Shown one piece after another: positions 1 to 10,230 of a stretch of 64,000 nt of DNA. The stretch comes from Polyangiaceae bacterium (lineage in GTDB: Bacteria > Myxococcota_A > Polyangia > Polyangiales > Polyangiaceae). Both the position numbers and the translations under genes were made by a program. The first letter of the stretch is position 1; the number at the start of each line of letters is the position of its first letter. Under the pieces are notes generated by a model. That model ran no database searches. It was given only the letters and a program-made list of their open reading frames with translations, and was not told the DNA's origin. The DNA is taken from NCBI GenBank assembly GCA_044376115.1, contig JBILLK010000012.1, positions 64,001 through 128,000 on the forward strand. The letters run 5' to 3'.

Positions 1-1
1 A

Positions 2-3000
2 CTCGACGACAAGAACGGCGCGCTCGAGGAACTCCAGACCATCGTAAGCGATGTCCCGTCGCATACCGAGGCGGTCGCAGACCTCGAGAAACTAGCGGAA
101 GATGAGGATCTCAAGGCCCGCATCATCGAGATTCTGCGGCCCATCGCCGAGCGTGCGAACAACTGGCGGCAGCTGGTGAAGCTCAATCAGGAGCGGCTCG
201 CGCTCGCTACCGACCGCTCGGAGAAGGCGTCGATTCTGCGCGAGAACGCCGGAATCTTTGAGTCTCACGAGCTCAACGACGATGCCTTCCAATCACTTCA
301 GGCCGCGTTCCTTACGGAGCCTGAAGATGCATCCACGTTGGAGGACCTCGAGAAGCTCGCACGCAAGTTGTCTCGGTTTGAGTCCTTTGCCGAGGTGGTC
401 GTCACGGCGCTGGCGACGCTCGAGGACGACTTGGCCAAGCGAGAGTTACTCGCCACACTCGCGCGCACTTACGACAAAGAACTCGACGACCCACGCCGCG
501 CGCTAGCCGCTTATGAAACGCTATCGACGGCCAACCCTGATGAAGCGGAGCCGCGTGAGGCCGCGTTGGCCTTGGCAACGCTGCTGGGAGACTGGCGCAA
601 GGTAACGAGCTTGCTCGAGAAACGGGCCGCCGACGCTCCCGACAGCGAGGCAGCCGAGTTGCTGCGACGGCTTGGGCAGACGCAGAACGAGATGCTCGAG
701 GACAGCGAGGCCGCAATCAAGGCCTACGAGCGCTCGCTTGAACTCGAGGCCGACGACACCAGAGCGATCGACAAGCTGATCGAGCTGCACGAGGACGCTA
801 ACAACGCCACGCGCTTGGTCGATCTTTACGCGCGCCGAATCGAGCTCTCGCGGCCCGATGAGGACGAGCTTCGCTACACGCTGGGTGTTCGCTCGGCCGA
901 ACGTCACGAGGCCCTCGGTAACCCCAGAGACGCGATTCAGGCCTTCCAATCTGCGCTCTCGGTACGGGCCACGGACAAGGTCGTGCTCAAGGCGCTCGAG
1001 CGACTCTATCGGGCGGAACAACTGCACACCGAGCTGCTCGACAATCTTCGCGACCAAGCTGGCTTGGCCGAAGAGCCGGCCGAGCGCGCTGCTCTTCGCC
1101 TTCTGATCGGCGATCTGTACAAGGACAAGCTCGACAATGCTGTCGATGCGGTCGAGCAATACCGTCTGGTGATCGAGGAGGACGCTGCAAACGCTGGCGC
1201 GGTGAAGTCGCTTTGCGAACTAGCGCAACAGAACGAGGGGCTGCGCTTGGATGCCACCGATGTAGTGTTGCCGGTTTTGCGGCGCGAGAATCGCTACGAA
1301 GAGCTCGTGCAGATGCTCGAGCTACGGCTGTCCGCCGTCACCGATCCGGAGCTCCGCGCCGAAGCCTTGAAGGAAGCCGCTTCCGTCCTCGACGAGCGAT
1401 TGAGTCGGCCTTCCGATGCGCTCTCGGCCTTGCTGCGAGCCGTGAACGAGGTGCCCGAAGACGAGTCCTTGCACCTCACCATCTTCGGCGTCGCCGCACG
1501 TCTCGAGCCAGCAGAAGGCTTCGAGCGCTACGCAACCACCTTGACCGAGAAGGCTTCACAGACGCTCGATGCTCCTCTCGCACGAGCCCTTTGGACCCGT
1601 GTTGGAACCATCGCCGAAGAGAAGCTCTCCGACGACAAGCGGGCTTCGGAGGCACACAAGAAGGCGCTGGCTGAGAGCGATGACGCTGAGGCCGAGGGGC
1701 AAACCTTGGTCGCTCTCGATCGGCTCTACACGCGTCTCGAGAACCACAAGGAACTCGCTGAGGTGCTCGAACGTCGGGTGGCGTTGGTTCCGGAAGCGGA
1801 GCAAGCGGAGCTTCACTTCCGCTTGGCCAAACTCTCGATCCACGTCTTCGGGGAGCCGGGCGTCGGACTTGGTTCGCTTCGTTCTGCGATCGCGCTGGAT
1901 GCAAACCACGCGGGAGCCCGCGAAGAGCTCGAGAAGCTCACCGAAGACAAGTCGCTGTTTGACGAGGTGGCAGAATCACTCGAGTCGGTCTATCGCCAAC
2001 GCGGCGACAACACTGCGCTGTCCGGACTGTACGAGAAGCGCATCGCCAACGCAGCCAACGCTACCGATCGACTGCGACTGCGGCTCGACTTGGCCCGGGT
2101 GCTCGAAGACCAAGCCAACGACCCCAAGGCCGCGCTGCTCGCGCTGCTGGTCGCGCTCGAAGACGATCCCTCGGACAGCGACGTGCTCGGAGAAACCGAG
2201 CGAGTCGCAGCCATCGTCGGAGGATTCGAAGAAGCGTCGGCGGGCCTGGAGAAAGCCATCCGCGGTAAAGCGGAGCTCAGCCATGAGGTCGCCTGCGACC
2301 TGTGGATGCGAGCTGCGACCTGGCGCCGCGACAAGCTGAGCGACCGCGTTGGCGCCGAGAAGGCCCTCGAAGAGGCGCTGAAGCACGACGCGGAGAACGA
2401 GGTCATCTTGCGAACCATCGAGCAGCTCCAGCGCTCGCCAGGCCGTGAGAAGGAGCTGGTGGGAACGCTGCGACGGCTTGCAAACCTCGACGGTTGTGCG
2501 GTCCCTGGGGACCTCCGCCGCGAAGCAAAGTCGATCGCTGAAGGCCAGCTAGCCGACGACGCTCTTTCGGAAGAGATCCTGCGAGAGATGCTTGCAGCCG
2601 ACGATAGTGATGCTTGGGCGCTCGCCGAGTTGACGGTGCTCCGTCGCAAGGCGGGGGCAGTCAAGGAGACCTTTACGCTGCTGGTTCGCCGCACCGAAGT
2701 GGCCGCTGACGGCGCAACGATCGCAGCGCTCCGCCATGAGGCTGCACTGCTCGCGCGCAACGAACTGAAGGACCTACCCGGGGCGATCGAACTCTACGAT
2801 CAGCTCTTCGAGGAGGACCCTTCTGACGAGAAAGCTAGCTTGGCGCTGCGTGAGCTGTACCAGGAGACAGGCAAGCACCATGAGCTGAAGAAGCTCTTGG
2901 AGCGACTGGTGGACGTGACCGACTCAGCAAGCAAGCGCAATGACCTGCGACTTGAAGCGGCGCGCGTCTCGGACCAACTCGAACTCTCGACCGAAGCGAT

Positions 3001-4201
3001 CGAGCTTTTGGTAGGCGTGCTGGAGGAGGATCCGTCCCACAAGGATGCGGCGCTGTTCTTGTCTCGCTTGTACGAAAAGTCTGGCCGCGATGAAGACCTC
3101 GCGCAGCTGCTGACCAAACAGATCGACGTTGCTTCGAGCGCGCAGGACAGCGACGCAGAGCTCGTCTATCGGTTGCGGCTCGGCGAGGTGCAAGAGACAC
3201 GGCTTGGCGATCTCGGGAAGGCTGCCGAGACCTACCAAACCATCGTCGACCGCAAGTCCGATCACAAGGGCGCCCTCATTGCTCTTGCACGCATCAACGA
3301 GGCCCGTGGGGAGAAGGCGACAGCAGCCGTATTCCTCGAGCGGCTGTTCAACCTCGAGACCGGGGACGAGGCCGTCGCGATCGTCAAGCGACTTGCTGCC
3401 CTGCTCGAGACAATCAGCGACGAAGCAGGCGTGGAGCGAGTGCTCGAGAAGGGCTTGGAGCTGCGCGAACGCGATGAAGAGATTCGCAGCAAGCTGCGCT
3501 CCCTGTACGAAAAGAAGCAGAGCTACAACAAGCTCTCCGACCTCTTGACGGGGGATGCTCGCGCCGCGGAGGACGTGCTCGCGAAGGTCCGACTGCTACG
3601 CAATGCAGCGGAACTCCGCCGCACCAAACTGAGCGACAGCAAGGGCGCCGCTGACCTACTGCAAGAGGCCGCCGAGCATGCACCGCAAGATCGCGAGCTT
3701 CTGCTTGCGCTATGCGACGCCTACAGTGAATCGGGCCGAGGCAAACAGGCTGCCGAGGTCCTGCGCAAGATCATCGAGTCGTACGGAGTACGACGCTCCA
3801 AAGAGGTGGCTGGCATTCACCATCGCTTGGCACGCGCCTACCTCGCAGAAGGTGACAAGCTTCAGGCGTTGACCCAACTCGACACGGCCTTCCGCATCGA
3901 TCCGGGCTCGATTCAGGTGATGAAGGATCTCGGCTTGTTGGCGCTCTCGCTCGCTGACGAGGACGGCGAGACGGCGACTCGCGATGCCTACATCGATCGC
4001 GCGAGCCGCACCTTCCGCGCGCTCTTGATGCAGAAGTTGGATGACGCGCCGATCACCAAGGCGGAGGTCTTCTACTACCTGGCGGAGACGTTCCACCGAA
4101 AGAACGAGACCAAGCAGGCCATCCAGAATCTCGAGCGGGCCCTCGACAGCGACAAGACCCTAACCAAGGCGCGCGAGCTACTTACGAAGCTCAAGGGCTG
4201 A
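2..4201 (+). CDS. Very large TPR/alpha-solenoid repeat protein, myxobacterial AgmK-like; 5' end lies outside the window
   Basis: The frame is open from base 2 to TGA at 4201 (about 1400 codons). It has repeated TPR-like helical units such as AIKAYERSLELEADD, AIQAFQSALSV and AIQNLERALDSD. Confidence 0.85.
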   Translation, partial: LDDKNGALEELQTIVSDVPSHTEAVADLEKLAEDEDLKARIIEILRPIAERANNWRQLVKLNQERLALATDRSEKASILRENAGIFESHELNDDAFQSLQAAFLTEPEDASTLEDLEKLARKLSRFESFAEVVVTALATLEDDLAKRELLATLARTYDKELDDPRRALAAYETLSTANPDEAEPREAALALATLLGDWRKVTSLLEKRAADAPDSEAAELLRRLGQTQNEMLEDSEAAIKAYERSLELEADDTRAIDKLIELHEDANNATRLVDLYARRIELSRPDEDELRYTLGVRSAERHEALGNPRDAIQAFQSALSVRATDKVVLKALERLYRAEQLHTELLDNLRDQAGLAEEPAERAALRLLIGDLYKDKLDNAVDAVEQYRLVIEEDAANAGAVKSLCELAQQNEGLRLDATDVVLPVLRRENRYEELVQMLELRLSAVTDPELRAEALKEAASVLDERLSRPSDALSALLRAVNEVPEDESLHLTIFGVAARLEPAEGFERYATTLTEKASQTLDAPLARALWTRVGTIAEEKLSDDKRASEAHKKALAESDDAEAEGQTLVALDRLYTRLENHKELAEVLERRVALVPEAEQAELHFRLAKLSIHVFGEPGVGLGSLRSAIALDANHAGAREELEKLTEDKSLFDEVAESLESVYRQRGDNTALSGLYEKRIANAANATDRLRLRLDLARVLEDQANDPKAALLALLVALEDDPSDSDVLGETERVAAIVGGFEEASAGLEKAIRGKAELSHEVACDLWMRAATWRRDKLSDRVGAEKALEEALKHDAENEVILRTIEQLQRSPGREKELVGTLRRLANLDGCAVPGDLRREAKSIAEGQLADDALSEEILREMLAADDSDAWALAELTVLRRKAGAVKETFTLLVRRTEVAADGATIAALRHEAALLARNELKDLPGAIELYDQLFEEDPSDEKASLALRELYQETGKHHELKKLLERLVDVTDSASKRNDLRLEAARVSDQLELSTEAIELLVGVLEEDPSHKDAALFLSRLYEKSGRDEDLAQLLTKQIDVASSAQDSDAELVYRLRLGEVQETRLGDLGKAAETYQTIVDRKSDHKGALIALARINEARGEKATAAVFLERLFNLETGDEAVAIVKRLAALLETISDEAGVERVLEKGLELRERDEEIRSKLRSLYEKKQSYNKLSDLLTGDARAAEDVLAKVRLLRNAAELRRTKLSDSKGAADLLQEAAEHAPQDRELLLALCDAYSESGRGKQAAEVLRKIIESYGVRRSKEVAGIHHRLARAYLAEGDKLQALTQLDTAFRIDPGSIQVMKDLGLLALSLADEDGETATRDAYIDRASRTFRALLMQKLDDAPITKAEVFYYLAETFHRKNETKQAIQNLERALDSDKTLTKARELLTKLKG

Positions 4202-4207
4202 GCGCCC

Positions 4208-5095
4208 ATGAGTTGCCTCGTTGCCATCGACGGGGAGCTGGTCGAAGGTCGGGATGCGAGCATCTCGGTCTTCGACCGCGGCTTTTTGTACGGCGACACA
4301 ATCTTCGAGACGCTGCGCGCCTACGGCGGCACCGTCTTTCGCTTGGCCGACCACCTCGAGCGACTGCGCTGGTCTGCGGAACGAATGAGGATGGTGCTCC
4401 CGTGGACGGAGCAAACTCTTACGCAAGAGATCGTGCGCATCGCTGACCTGGCGCGCGCACGCTTTGGCACGAATGAACTTTCGCTTCGGTTGCTCGTGAG
4501 TCGGGGATTGATACCGGGTGAACACCGTCCGTCAGGACTCCTTCCGGGAGCCACGCTTCGCTACGGGCGGACGCTCTTCGCGCAACCGTTTCGCCCGCTC
4601 CCAGAGGCGCTCTATCGCGACGGAGTGCAGGCGATTTCGTTTGCGACCTATCGCCCGAGCGACTCGGCCGGTGGGGCCAAAGTCGGTAACTACAGCGAAG
4701 GTATTCGCGCGCTCGTTGAAGCCAACGCGCAGGGTGCCCACGAGGCGCTGATCGTTTCAGCAGACGGGTATGTCTTGGAAGGTGCGACCACCAACGTATT
4801 TGCCGTCATCAATGACGAGCTGCTTACCCCTCCCGCGAGCGATACGCTTCTGCCGGGTATCACGCGCAAGTTCGTCCTCGCACTCGCGCCGAGCCTGCTC
4901 ACGGTGCGCGAGCAGCGGCTCACCCCATCGAGCCTGGCCGCCGCTGAGGAAGTGTTCATCACGTCCACGCTTCGCGAGCTCGTGCCAGTGGTATCGATCG
5001 ATGGGCATCGCATCGGCGCGGGTCATCCAGGAGCGCGCACGCTGGAGCTCGCCCAACGCTTCCGCAACGCCGTATTGAGCGAGCTGCCGCGATAG
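4208..5095 (+). CDS. PLP-dependent aminotransferase class IV (IlvE/Dat/PabC family)
   Basis: Motifs DRGFLYGDTIFETLR, FRLADHLERL, catalytic Lys in AKVGNY, EGATTNVF, LPGITR and EEVFITST. Confidence 0.92.
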   Translation: MSCLVAIDGELVEGRDASISVFDRGFLYGDTIFETLRAYGGTVFRLADHLERLRWSAERMRMVLPWTEQTLTQEIVRIADLARARFGTNELSLRLLVSRGLIPGEHRPSGLLPGATLRYGRTLFAQPFRPLPEALYRDGVQAISFATYRPSDSAGGAKVGNYSEGIRALVEANAQGAHEALIVSADGYVLEGATTNVFAVINDELLTPPASDTLLPGITRKFVLALAPSLLTVREQRLTPSSLAAAEEVFITSTLRELVPVVSIDGHRIGAGHPGARTLELAQRFRNAVLSELPR

Positions 5096-6559
5096 CTACT
5101 TGGGCGACCTCGCGAGCTCGTGGGAAAGCTCGCCCAGCTTCTTCACCGCGTCGGCGATACGCGGGGACCACGGGCTACCGCAAGTCATACGAATGCAGGA
5201 CGAAAAGCGCGCTCGCGCTCCAAAGATTGGGCCGGGTGCGATCGCGATGTTGGCGTCGAGCGCGCGGGCCTGAAGGGCCAGCGCCGAGATCTGCCCCGGC
5301 AGCTCGACCCAGAGGACGAAGCCTCCTTTGGGCTCTGAGATCCACGTCCCCGCCGGGAACGCTGAAGCGCACTCCGCGCGATAGCGAGCGACCTCTCGCC
5401 GTATGCGCTCGCGCAAGTGGCGTAGGTGTCGATCGTAGGAGCCGCTGTCGAGATACTCAGCGACAGCCATTTGCAACAACGTTGGGGTGGCGATGCTGTG
5501 CGAGAACTTCAGTCGCTTGATGGTCTCGTGATAGCGACCAGCGACGACCCAGCCAACCCGGTAGCCAGCGGCGATGGTTTTGGAGATCGAGCTCGTGTAG
5601 ATCACGAGCCCCTTTCGATCGAACGCTTTTGCGGGACGCGGCCGCGAACCATCGAACGCGAGGTCACCGTAAAGATCATCTTCGATCAGCGGAATATCCC
5701 GCTTCTCCAGCATACGAACGAGACGCTCCTTGTTGCTGTCGCTCATCAGCGAGCCCAGCGGATTGTCGAAGTTGGTGACCGCCAAACAGGCCCGCACCGG
5801 CGCTTGCGCCAGCACGATCTCCAAGGCGTCGAGATCCAAACCAACGCCGGGCAACGTGGGGACCTCGATCACCTTCAGGTTCATCTCTTCAACGAGCTGG
5901 AGGATGCCAAAGTACGTTGGGGTGGCGATGGCGATGGTGTCGCCCGGCCGCGTGGTTGCACGCAACGCTAGCTGCAGACCTTCCATCGCTCCAGCCGTGA
6001 TCACGAAGTCATCAGCGCCGAGCGGCGTCCCCCAAAGCACCGACCGCTTCGCGAGCTGACGTCGCAATACAAGCAACCCGGGGGGCATGTCGTAGTGGGC
6101 GCCCGCTGTAGAAAGCTCTCGCGCAAGGGAAGCCAGGATGCGGTTGAGCGCCTTGATCGGCAACAGGCTCGCATCCAGTTGCGCGGCCCCCAAAGGCACC
6201 ACAGTCGGCTCGCGCATCGACTCGACCAGGGCGTACACGCCCTCCGAGACCGACACCTTGCGCGGCGCGAGCGTAAGTCGCTTCGGCTTGGAGCGCGGTG
6301 GCGCAGCCACTGCCGTCTCGCGCACGAAGTGACCCGACTTCACGCGCGCGTCGATCAGTCCGTCGATCTCGAGCCGCTCATAGGCGGAGAGCACCGTTGC
6401 CACGCTGACGCGTCGCTCGCGAGCGAGCCTCCTAACGGAGGGAAGGCGGTCTCCGGGACGTAGCGAGCCCTTCTCGATCATCAACGCGATGTCGGCGGCC
6501 ACCTGTGCAAACAGGCTAGGCCGCTCATCGCCACGTACTCGTAGAGCAGCGGGGAGCAT
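5096..6559 (-). CDS. MocR/GabR-type regulator (GntR HTH plus class I/II aminotransferase-like domain)
   Basis: N-terminal GDRLPSVRRLA..VSVATVLSAYERLE HTH. The C-terminal PLP domain has NFDNPLG, IEDDLYGDL and SSISKTIAAGYRVGW. Confidence 0.95.
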   Translation of the reverse strand: MLPAALRVRGDERPSLFAQVAADIALMIEKGSLRPGDRLPSVRRLARERRVSVATVLSAYERLEIDGLIDARVKSGHFVRETAVAAPPRSKPKRLTLAPRKVSVSEGVYALVESMREPTVVPLGAAQLDASLLPIKALNRILASLARELSTAGAHYDMPPGLLVLRRQLAKRSVLWGTPLGADDFVITAGAMEGLQLALRATTRPGDTIAIATPTYFGILQLVEEMNLKVIEVPTLPGVGLDLDALEIVLAQAPVRACLAVTNFDNPLGSLMSDSNKERLVRMLEKRDIPLIEDDLYGDLAFDGSRPRPAKAFDRKGLVIYTSSISKTIAAGYRVGWVVAGRYHETIKRLKFSHSIATPTLLQMAVAEYLDSGSYDRHLRHLRERIRREVARYRAECASAFPAGTWISEPKGGFVLWVELPGQISALALQARALDANIAIAPGPIFGARARFSSCIRMTCGSPWSPRIADAVKKLGELSHELARSPK

Positions 6560-6590
6560 GCCGCAGAGTACCGCTCGAACGCGGCTTAGG

Positions 6591-6640
6591 TAGGTACAGA
6601 TGGCCGACCTTTCGGCCCGTACACCTGCTGTCTGTACCTA
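6591..6640. promoter_or_regulatory. Putative operator of the MocR regulator: perfect 10-bp inverted repeat TAGGTACAGA-N30-TCTGTACCTA
   Basis: Arms at 6591-6600 and 6631-6640 are exact reverse complements, about 30 bp upstream of the MocR start. A GTACA half-site and a small GGCCGA/TCGGCC hairpin lie in the spacer. Confidence 0.55.
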
Positions 6641-6666
6641 TTGACCTCGCTCGCTCTGATCGAAGA

Positions 6667-8280
6667 TTAGAAGTTGGCGCCGATCACCACGTCATCGACG
6701 TGGTCGATGTCGAGCCAATTGCCGGTGGTGTAGAAGGCACGAATCTCGACGCCGCTGGCAGCGAGCTCCCCAAGAAGGTCGGGCATCTTCATGCGCGCGA
6801 GCTTGGTCGGGTCTTCCTTCTCGAGCTTGCGAACGAGGTCCTTGATTAGCGTTGCGCCCTTCTCGCTAGCGTAAAGCAGGCCCATCCATTCACCGTGGAT
6901 GCCGTCTCGCTCGGGATCACTCACGAACGAGTTCACGGTGACCTTGTGCAAGAAGGACGTGCGCGACGGCGGCTCGGAGCAGATGACATAGTCGGCCAAG
7001 CGGCCCTTATTGCGGCTCTCGCGATAGCCTGAATCAACCGCGACTGCGATGTCAGCGTCCGACTCCATCAGCGCGGCAACGACGTACTTCTTGAACAGCA
7101 CGTCGCCGTACGAAACGCAGATCGCCGAGCCAGCGTCGGGCAACGCTTTGGCGAGCGAGCTGACCTCCTGCGTCTTCGCGTAGTCGTCGTTGTCGACGTA
7201 GCGAAGGCTGGTCAGATTGACCGTCTCCTTCTTGAAGCCGCGGACGGCGACGATGTCTTTGATACCCACCGCGCGGTAGGTGTCCGCGATATGCGAGAGG
7301 ATGGGCGCCGAGCCGAGCATCACCATCGCCTTGGGGCGGTCTTCCGTTAGAGCGCCGAGCTCGACGCCGCGGGAGGCAGCGAGCACGATCGCCGTGGTGT
7401 GCCCTGCGGTCTTCGGCAGGTAGCGGCTCTCGGCCTCCGCGAGTTCGTTCTCACCCTGAATGCGGAACACCTCGGCCACAGTGGCGACGCGGTCCTCCAC
7501 CTGCAGCAGGTTCTCGTCCCGCTTGATTTGCGCCGCCGTCTCCTTCATCGCCGTGAGCGCGGCGCGCATCACGTGGTTTGCCCAGATCACCACGCGGATG
7601 CCGTGGTCGCGGAAGACGTCGGTCGGCGTCGCGTAGTACTTGGTCGGAACGATGACGACGGGGAGACGATCCCCCCACTCCTTCTTGAAGGCCAGGATCT
7701 CGCTCGGGTTCTTCAACGCGCTGTGCATCAAGATCGCGTCGGCGCCGGCCAAACGGTAGGCCTCGGCGCGCTTGAGCGCCTCATCCAAGCCCCAACCTGC
7801 GATGAACGCCTCCACGCGAGCCACGATCACGAAGTCGTCGTCCCGTTGCGCGTCTTTGCCAGCTTTGATCTTCCCAGCGAACTCCTGGATGTCGGCGAGC
7901 GGCTGTGAAGTCCCGCGGATGAAACTGTTCGTCTTCGGGAAGATCTTGTCTTCGATACAGACGCCGGCGACCTGGCGCTGCTCGAGCTTCTGCACGAGCC
8001 GCCGCATCGAGTTGAAGTTGCCGTAGCCCGTGTCACCGTCGAGCAGGATCGGGATCTCGGTCGCGTCGCTCATGAACTCGACGACCTCGAGCACCTGCGT
8101 CCAGCTGGCTTCGTTGTTGTCGCGCACGCCGAGCGCCGCAGAGATGCTCAAGCCAGAGCCCCAGATGCCCTCAAAGCCGGCCTCCTGGACCACCTTCGCA
8201 CTCAAGCCATTGTGAGCCTCCATCAGGAAGCCCAGCTCGGTGCGGGTCAACATGTTCTTCAGCTTGGTTGTCTTCTTCAT
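6667..8280 (-). CDS. aepX: Phosphoenolpyruvate mutase fused to a C-terminal nucleotidyltransferase (LicC/PntC-like) domain
   Basis: PEP mutase signature [10 protein letters not shown], plus [16 protein letters not shown] and [10 protein letters not shown]. The C-terminal domain has [27 protein letters not shown] and WLDID. Start placed at ATG 8280 (MKKTTKL), preceded by GGAG. Confidence 0.93.
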   Translation of the reverse strand: MKKTTKLKNMLTRTELGFLMEAHNGLSAKVVQEAGFEGIWGSGLSISAALGVRDNNEASWTQVLEVVEFMSDATEIPILLDGDTGYGNFNSMRRLVQKLEQRQVAGVCIEDKIFPKTNSFIRGTSQPLADIQEFAGKIKAGKDAQRDDDFVIVARVEAFIAGWGLDEALKRAEAYRLAGADAILMHSALKNPSEILAFKKEWGDRLPVVIVPTKYYATPTDVFRDHGIRVVIWANHVMRAALTAMKETAAQIKRDENLLQVEDRVATVAEVFRIQGENELAEAESRYLPKTAGHTTAIVLAASRGVELGALTEDRPKAMVMLGSAPILSHIADTYRAVGIKDIVAVRGFKKETVNLTSLRYVDNDDYAKTQEVSSLAKALPDAGSAICVSYGDVLFKKYVVAALMESDADIAVAVDSGYRESRNKGRLADYVICSEPPSRTSFLHKVTVNSFVSDPERDGIHGEWMGLLYASEKGATLIKDLVRKLEKEDPTKLARMKMPDLLGELAASGVEIRAFYTTGNWLDIDHVDDVVIGANF

Positions 8281-8429
8281 CGCAGCTCCGGCCATTCGGT
8301 CTTTTCGCATTCTGAGCGCTCCGCTGGAACACCCGATCGACGAGCAGCACACTTTTTTCGGCCTGCAGCCGCTACCCACACTTCGCACCTCTCGTGCGCG
8401 TACGCAGCGCAGGCTGATACACTGAGCTG

Positions 8430-10226
8430 GTGAGACCGGTGATGCAGGCGGATTGGCGTGAACGCTTGATGAAGCAGACGTCGATCTGGTTCGGCCTCGC
8501 AGGGCTTACGATCTCGATCCTAGCGACCACGGCGTTGGCCGGGCAGCAGGCCCACGTGGGCGCTGGTTTACTTGCGGGGCTGCTCGGACTGTGCACGCTC
8601 GCGGTAGCCTTCCTGAAGATTCCTGCGCGGACGCGCGCCGTCGCGTTCGTGGTCGTGGCTTTCTTGGCCAGCCTGTACGGCTACGCTTTCTTCGCATTCC
8701 TCTCGGGGCCCGCGCTGGTTGCTGCTGCCGCTGTCCTATTTGCAGGCTTGCTGCTGGGCAAACGCGCCGTGGTGATGCTGGTGATTGGTCTTGGACTCTG
8801 CGTTGCCGTGATTGGTTGGGCTATGGTGACTGGCCGGCTATCTGGCCCTCCTCCGGAGCTGTCGTCGCCCCAGTCACCACTCGCCTGGGCGAGAACAACC
8901 ATCATCTCCTGCGTATTCTGGACGACGCTCGGACTCTCATTGGCTGGCGTGATTCGCGCGCTCGAAGAATCGGCTCACAAGGAGCGCGAAGCGGTGGAAC
9001 AGCTGCGAGCAGAGCAGATGAAGCGCGCTCAGGCTGATCAGGAGCGCGCCGTCGCCGAACGCATCGCGGTGAGCGCCCAGAAGATGGAGGCCGTTGGACG
9101 CCTAGCAGCAGGCGTCGCTCACGACTTCAACAACGCACTGCAGGTGATTCAGAGCTGGAATGAGCTGTCGAATGAGGCCGACGCGACCGCAGACGATCGC
9201 GCAGACGCAGCGGAGGCGATTCGAACCGCATGTGGGCAAGCCCGAGGGTTGGCCAAGCAACTCTTGGTGCTGTCTCGCAGCAGTGCTCGTACGCCCCACG
9301 ATGTTTCACTCGGTGCACTTTTGGCTTCCACCATGAAGACCTTGCGTCGCGTCATCCCCGAGGACCTGACGTTGGTGCACGAGAGCACAGGCGACGTCTG
9401 GGTCCACGCCGACGAAGTTCAATTGCAGCAGATCGTGCTCAACCTCGCCCTCAACGCGCGCGACGCCGCCCACGGCGGCGGCACCGTATTCATGCGGACG
9501 CGAGAGGAGCTACTACAGGAGGCTAGAACCGTGGCAACGGGGGAACTCCCTCCTGGCCGCTACGCGGTGGTCGAGATCGAAGATACGGGAGCGGGAATGA
9601 CGCCCGAAACGCTCGCGCGAGCGTTCGAACCGTTCTTCAGCACGAAGACCCCAAGCAAAGGGACAGGCTTGGGGCTGGCGACCGTGCGCGCAGTCGTCGC
9701 CGAGCATGCCGGCCACATCGATCTGTGGAGCGAACTCGGCAAGGGCACCCGGGTCAGCGTCTTCTTGCAGGCCGCACAGACCCAGCAAGGACGGCGCTTG
9801 GCGACACCGCTGAATGTCGCAGCTACGGGCGTGGCTGGCCGCGTGCTGCTGGTCGAGGACAACGTACAAGTGCGCGCCCTCTTCGAGCGAACGCTGCGAT
9901 CGAGCGGGCATACCGTCGAGCTAGCTTCGAATGGCGATGAGGCCCTCACAGCGATTGCTGCGAACAAGTTTGACCTACTGTGTACCGACGCAGTGATGCC
10001 GGGCGCGCCGCTACGCCAAATCGTGGATGCCTTTGAAACGGCGAACCCCAAAGCCCCCATCCTGGTTTGCTCTGGCTATGTGGAAGAAGAGATCACCAGG
10101 CGTGGGATCGAGCAAGGCCGCTACCAACTTTTGCGTAAGCCGTTTCAACCCGGCCAGCTGGTGCGGGCGGTCAACGAGGCGCTCTACAGCCGAAACACCG
10201 CGCTTCCCGAGCCGTCCGCAACCTGA
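8430..10226 (+). CDS. Hybrid membrane sensor histidine kinase with C-terminal receiver domain
   Basis: Several N-terminal TM helices, H-box GVAHDFNN, N-box [10 protein letters not shown]-boxes DTGAGM and GTGLGL, receiver [19 protein letters not shown]. Start uncertain. Confidence 0.93.
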   Translation: MRPVMQADWRERLMKQTSIWFGLAGLTISILATTALAGQQAHVGAGLLAGLLGLCTLAVAFLKIPARTRAVAFVVVAFLASLYGYAFFAFLSGPALVAAAAVLFAGLLLGKRAVVMLVIGLGLCVAVIGWAMVTGRLSGPPPELSSPQSPLAWARTTIISCVFWTTLGLSLAGVIRALEESAHKEREAVEQLRAEQMKRAQADQERAVAERIAVSAQKMEAVGRLAAGVAHDFNNALQVIQSWNELSNEADATADDRADAAEAIRTACGQARGLAKQLLVLSRSSARTPHDVSLGALLASTMKTLRRVIPEDLTLVHESTGDVWVHADEVQLQQIVLNLALNARDAAHGGGTVFMRTREELLQEARTVATGELPPGRYAVVEIEDTGAGMTPETLARAFEPFFSTKTPSKGTGLGLATVRAVVAEHAGHIDLWSELGKGTRVSVFLQAAQTQQGRRLATPLNVAATGVAGRVLLVEDNVQVRALFERTLRSSGHTVELASNGDEALTAIAANKFDLLCTDAVMPGAPLRQIVDAFETANPKAPILVCSGYVEEEITRRGIEQGRYQLLRKPFQPGQLVRAVNEALYSRNTALPEPSAT

Positions 10227-10230
10227 CCGA

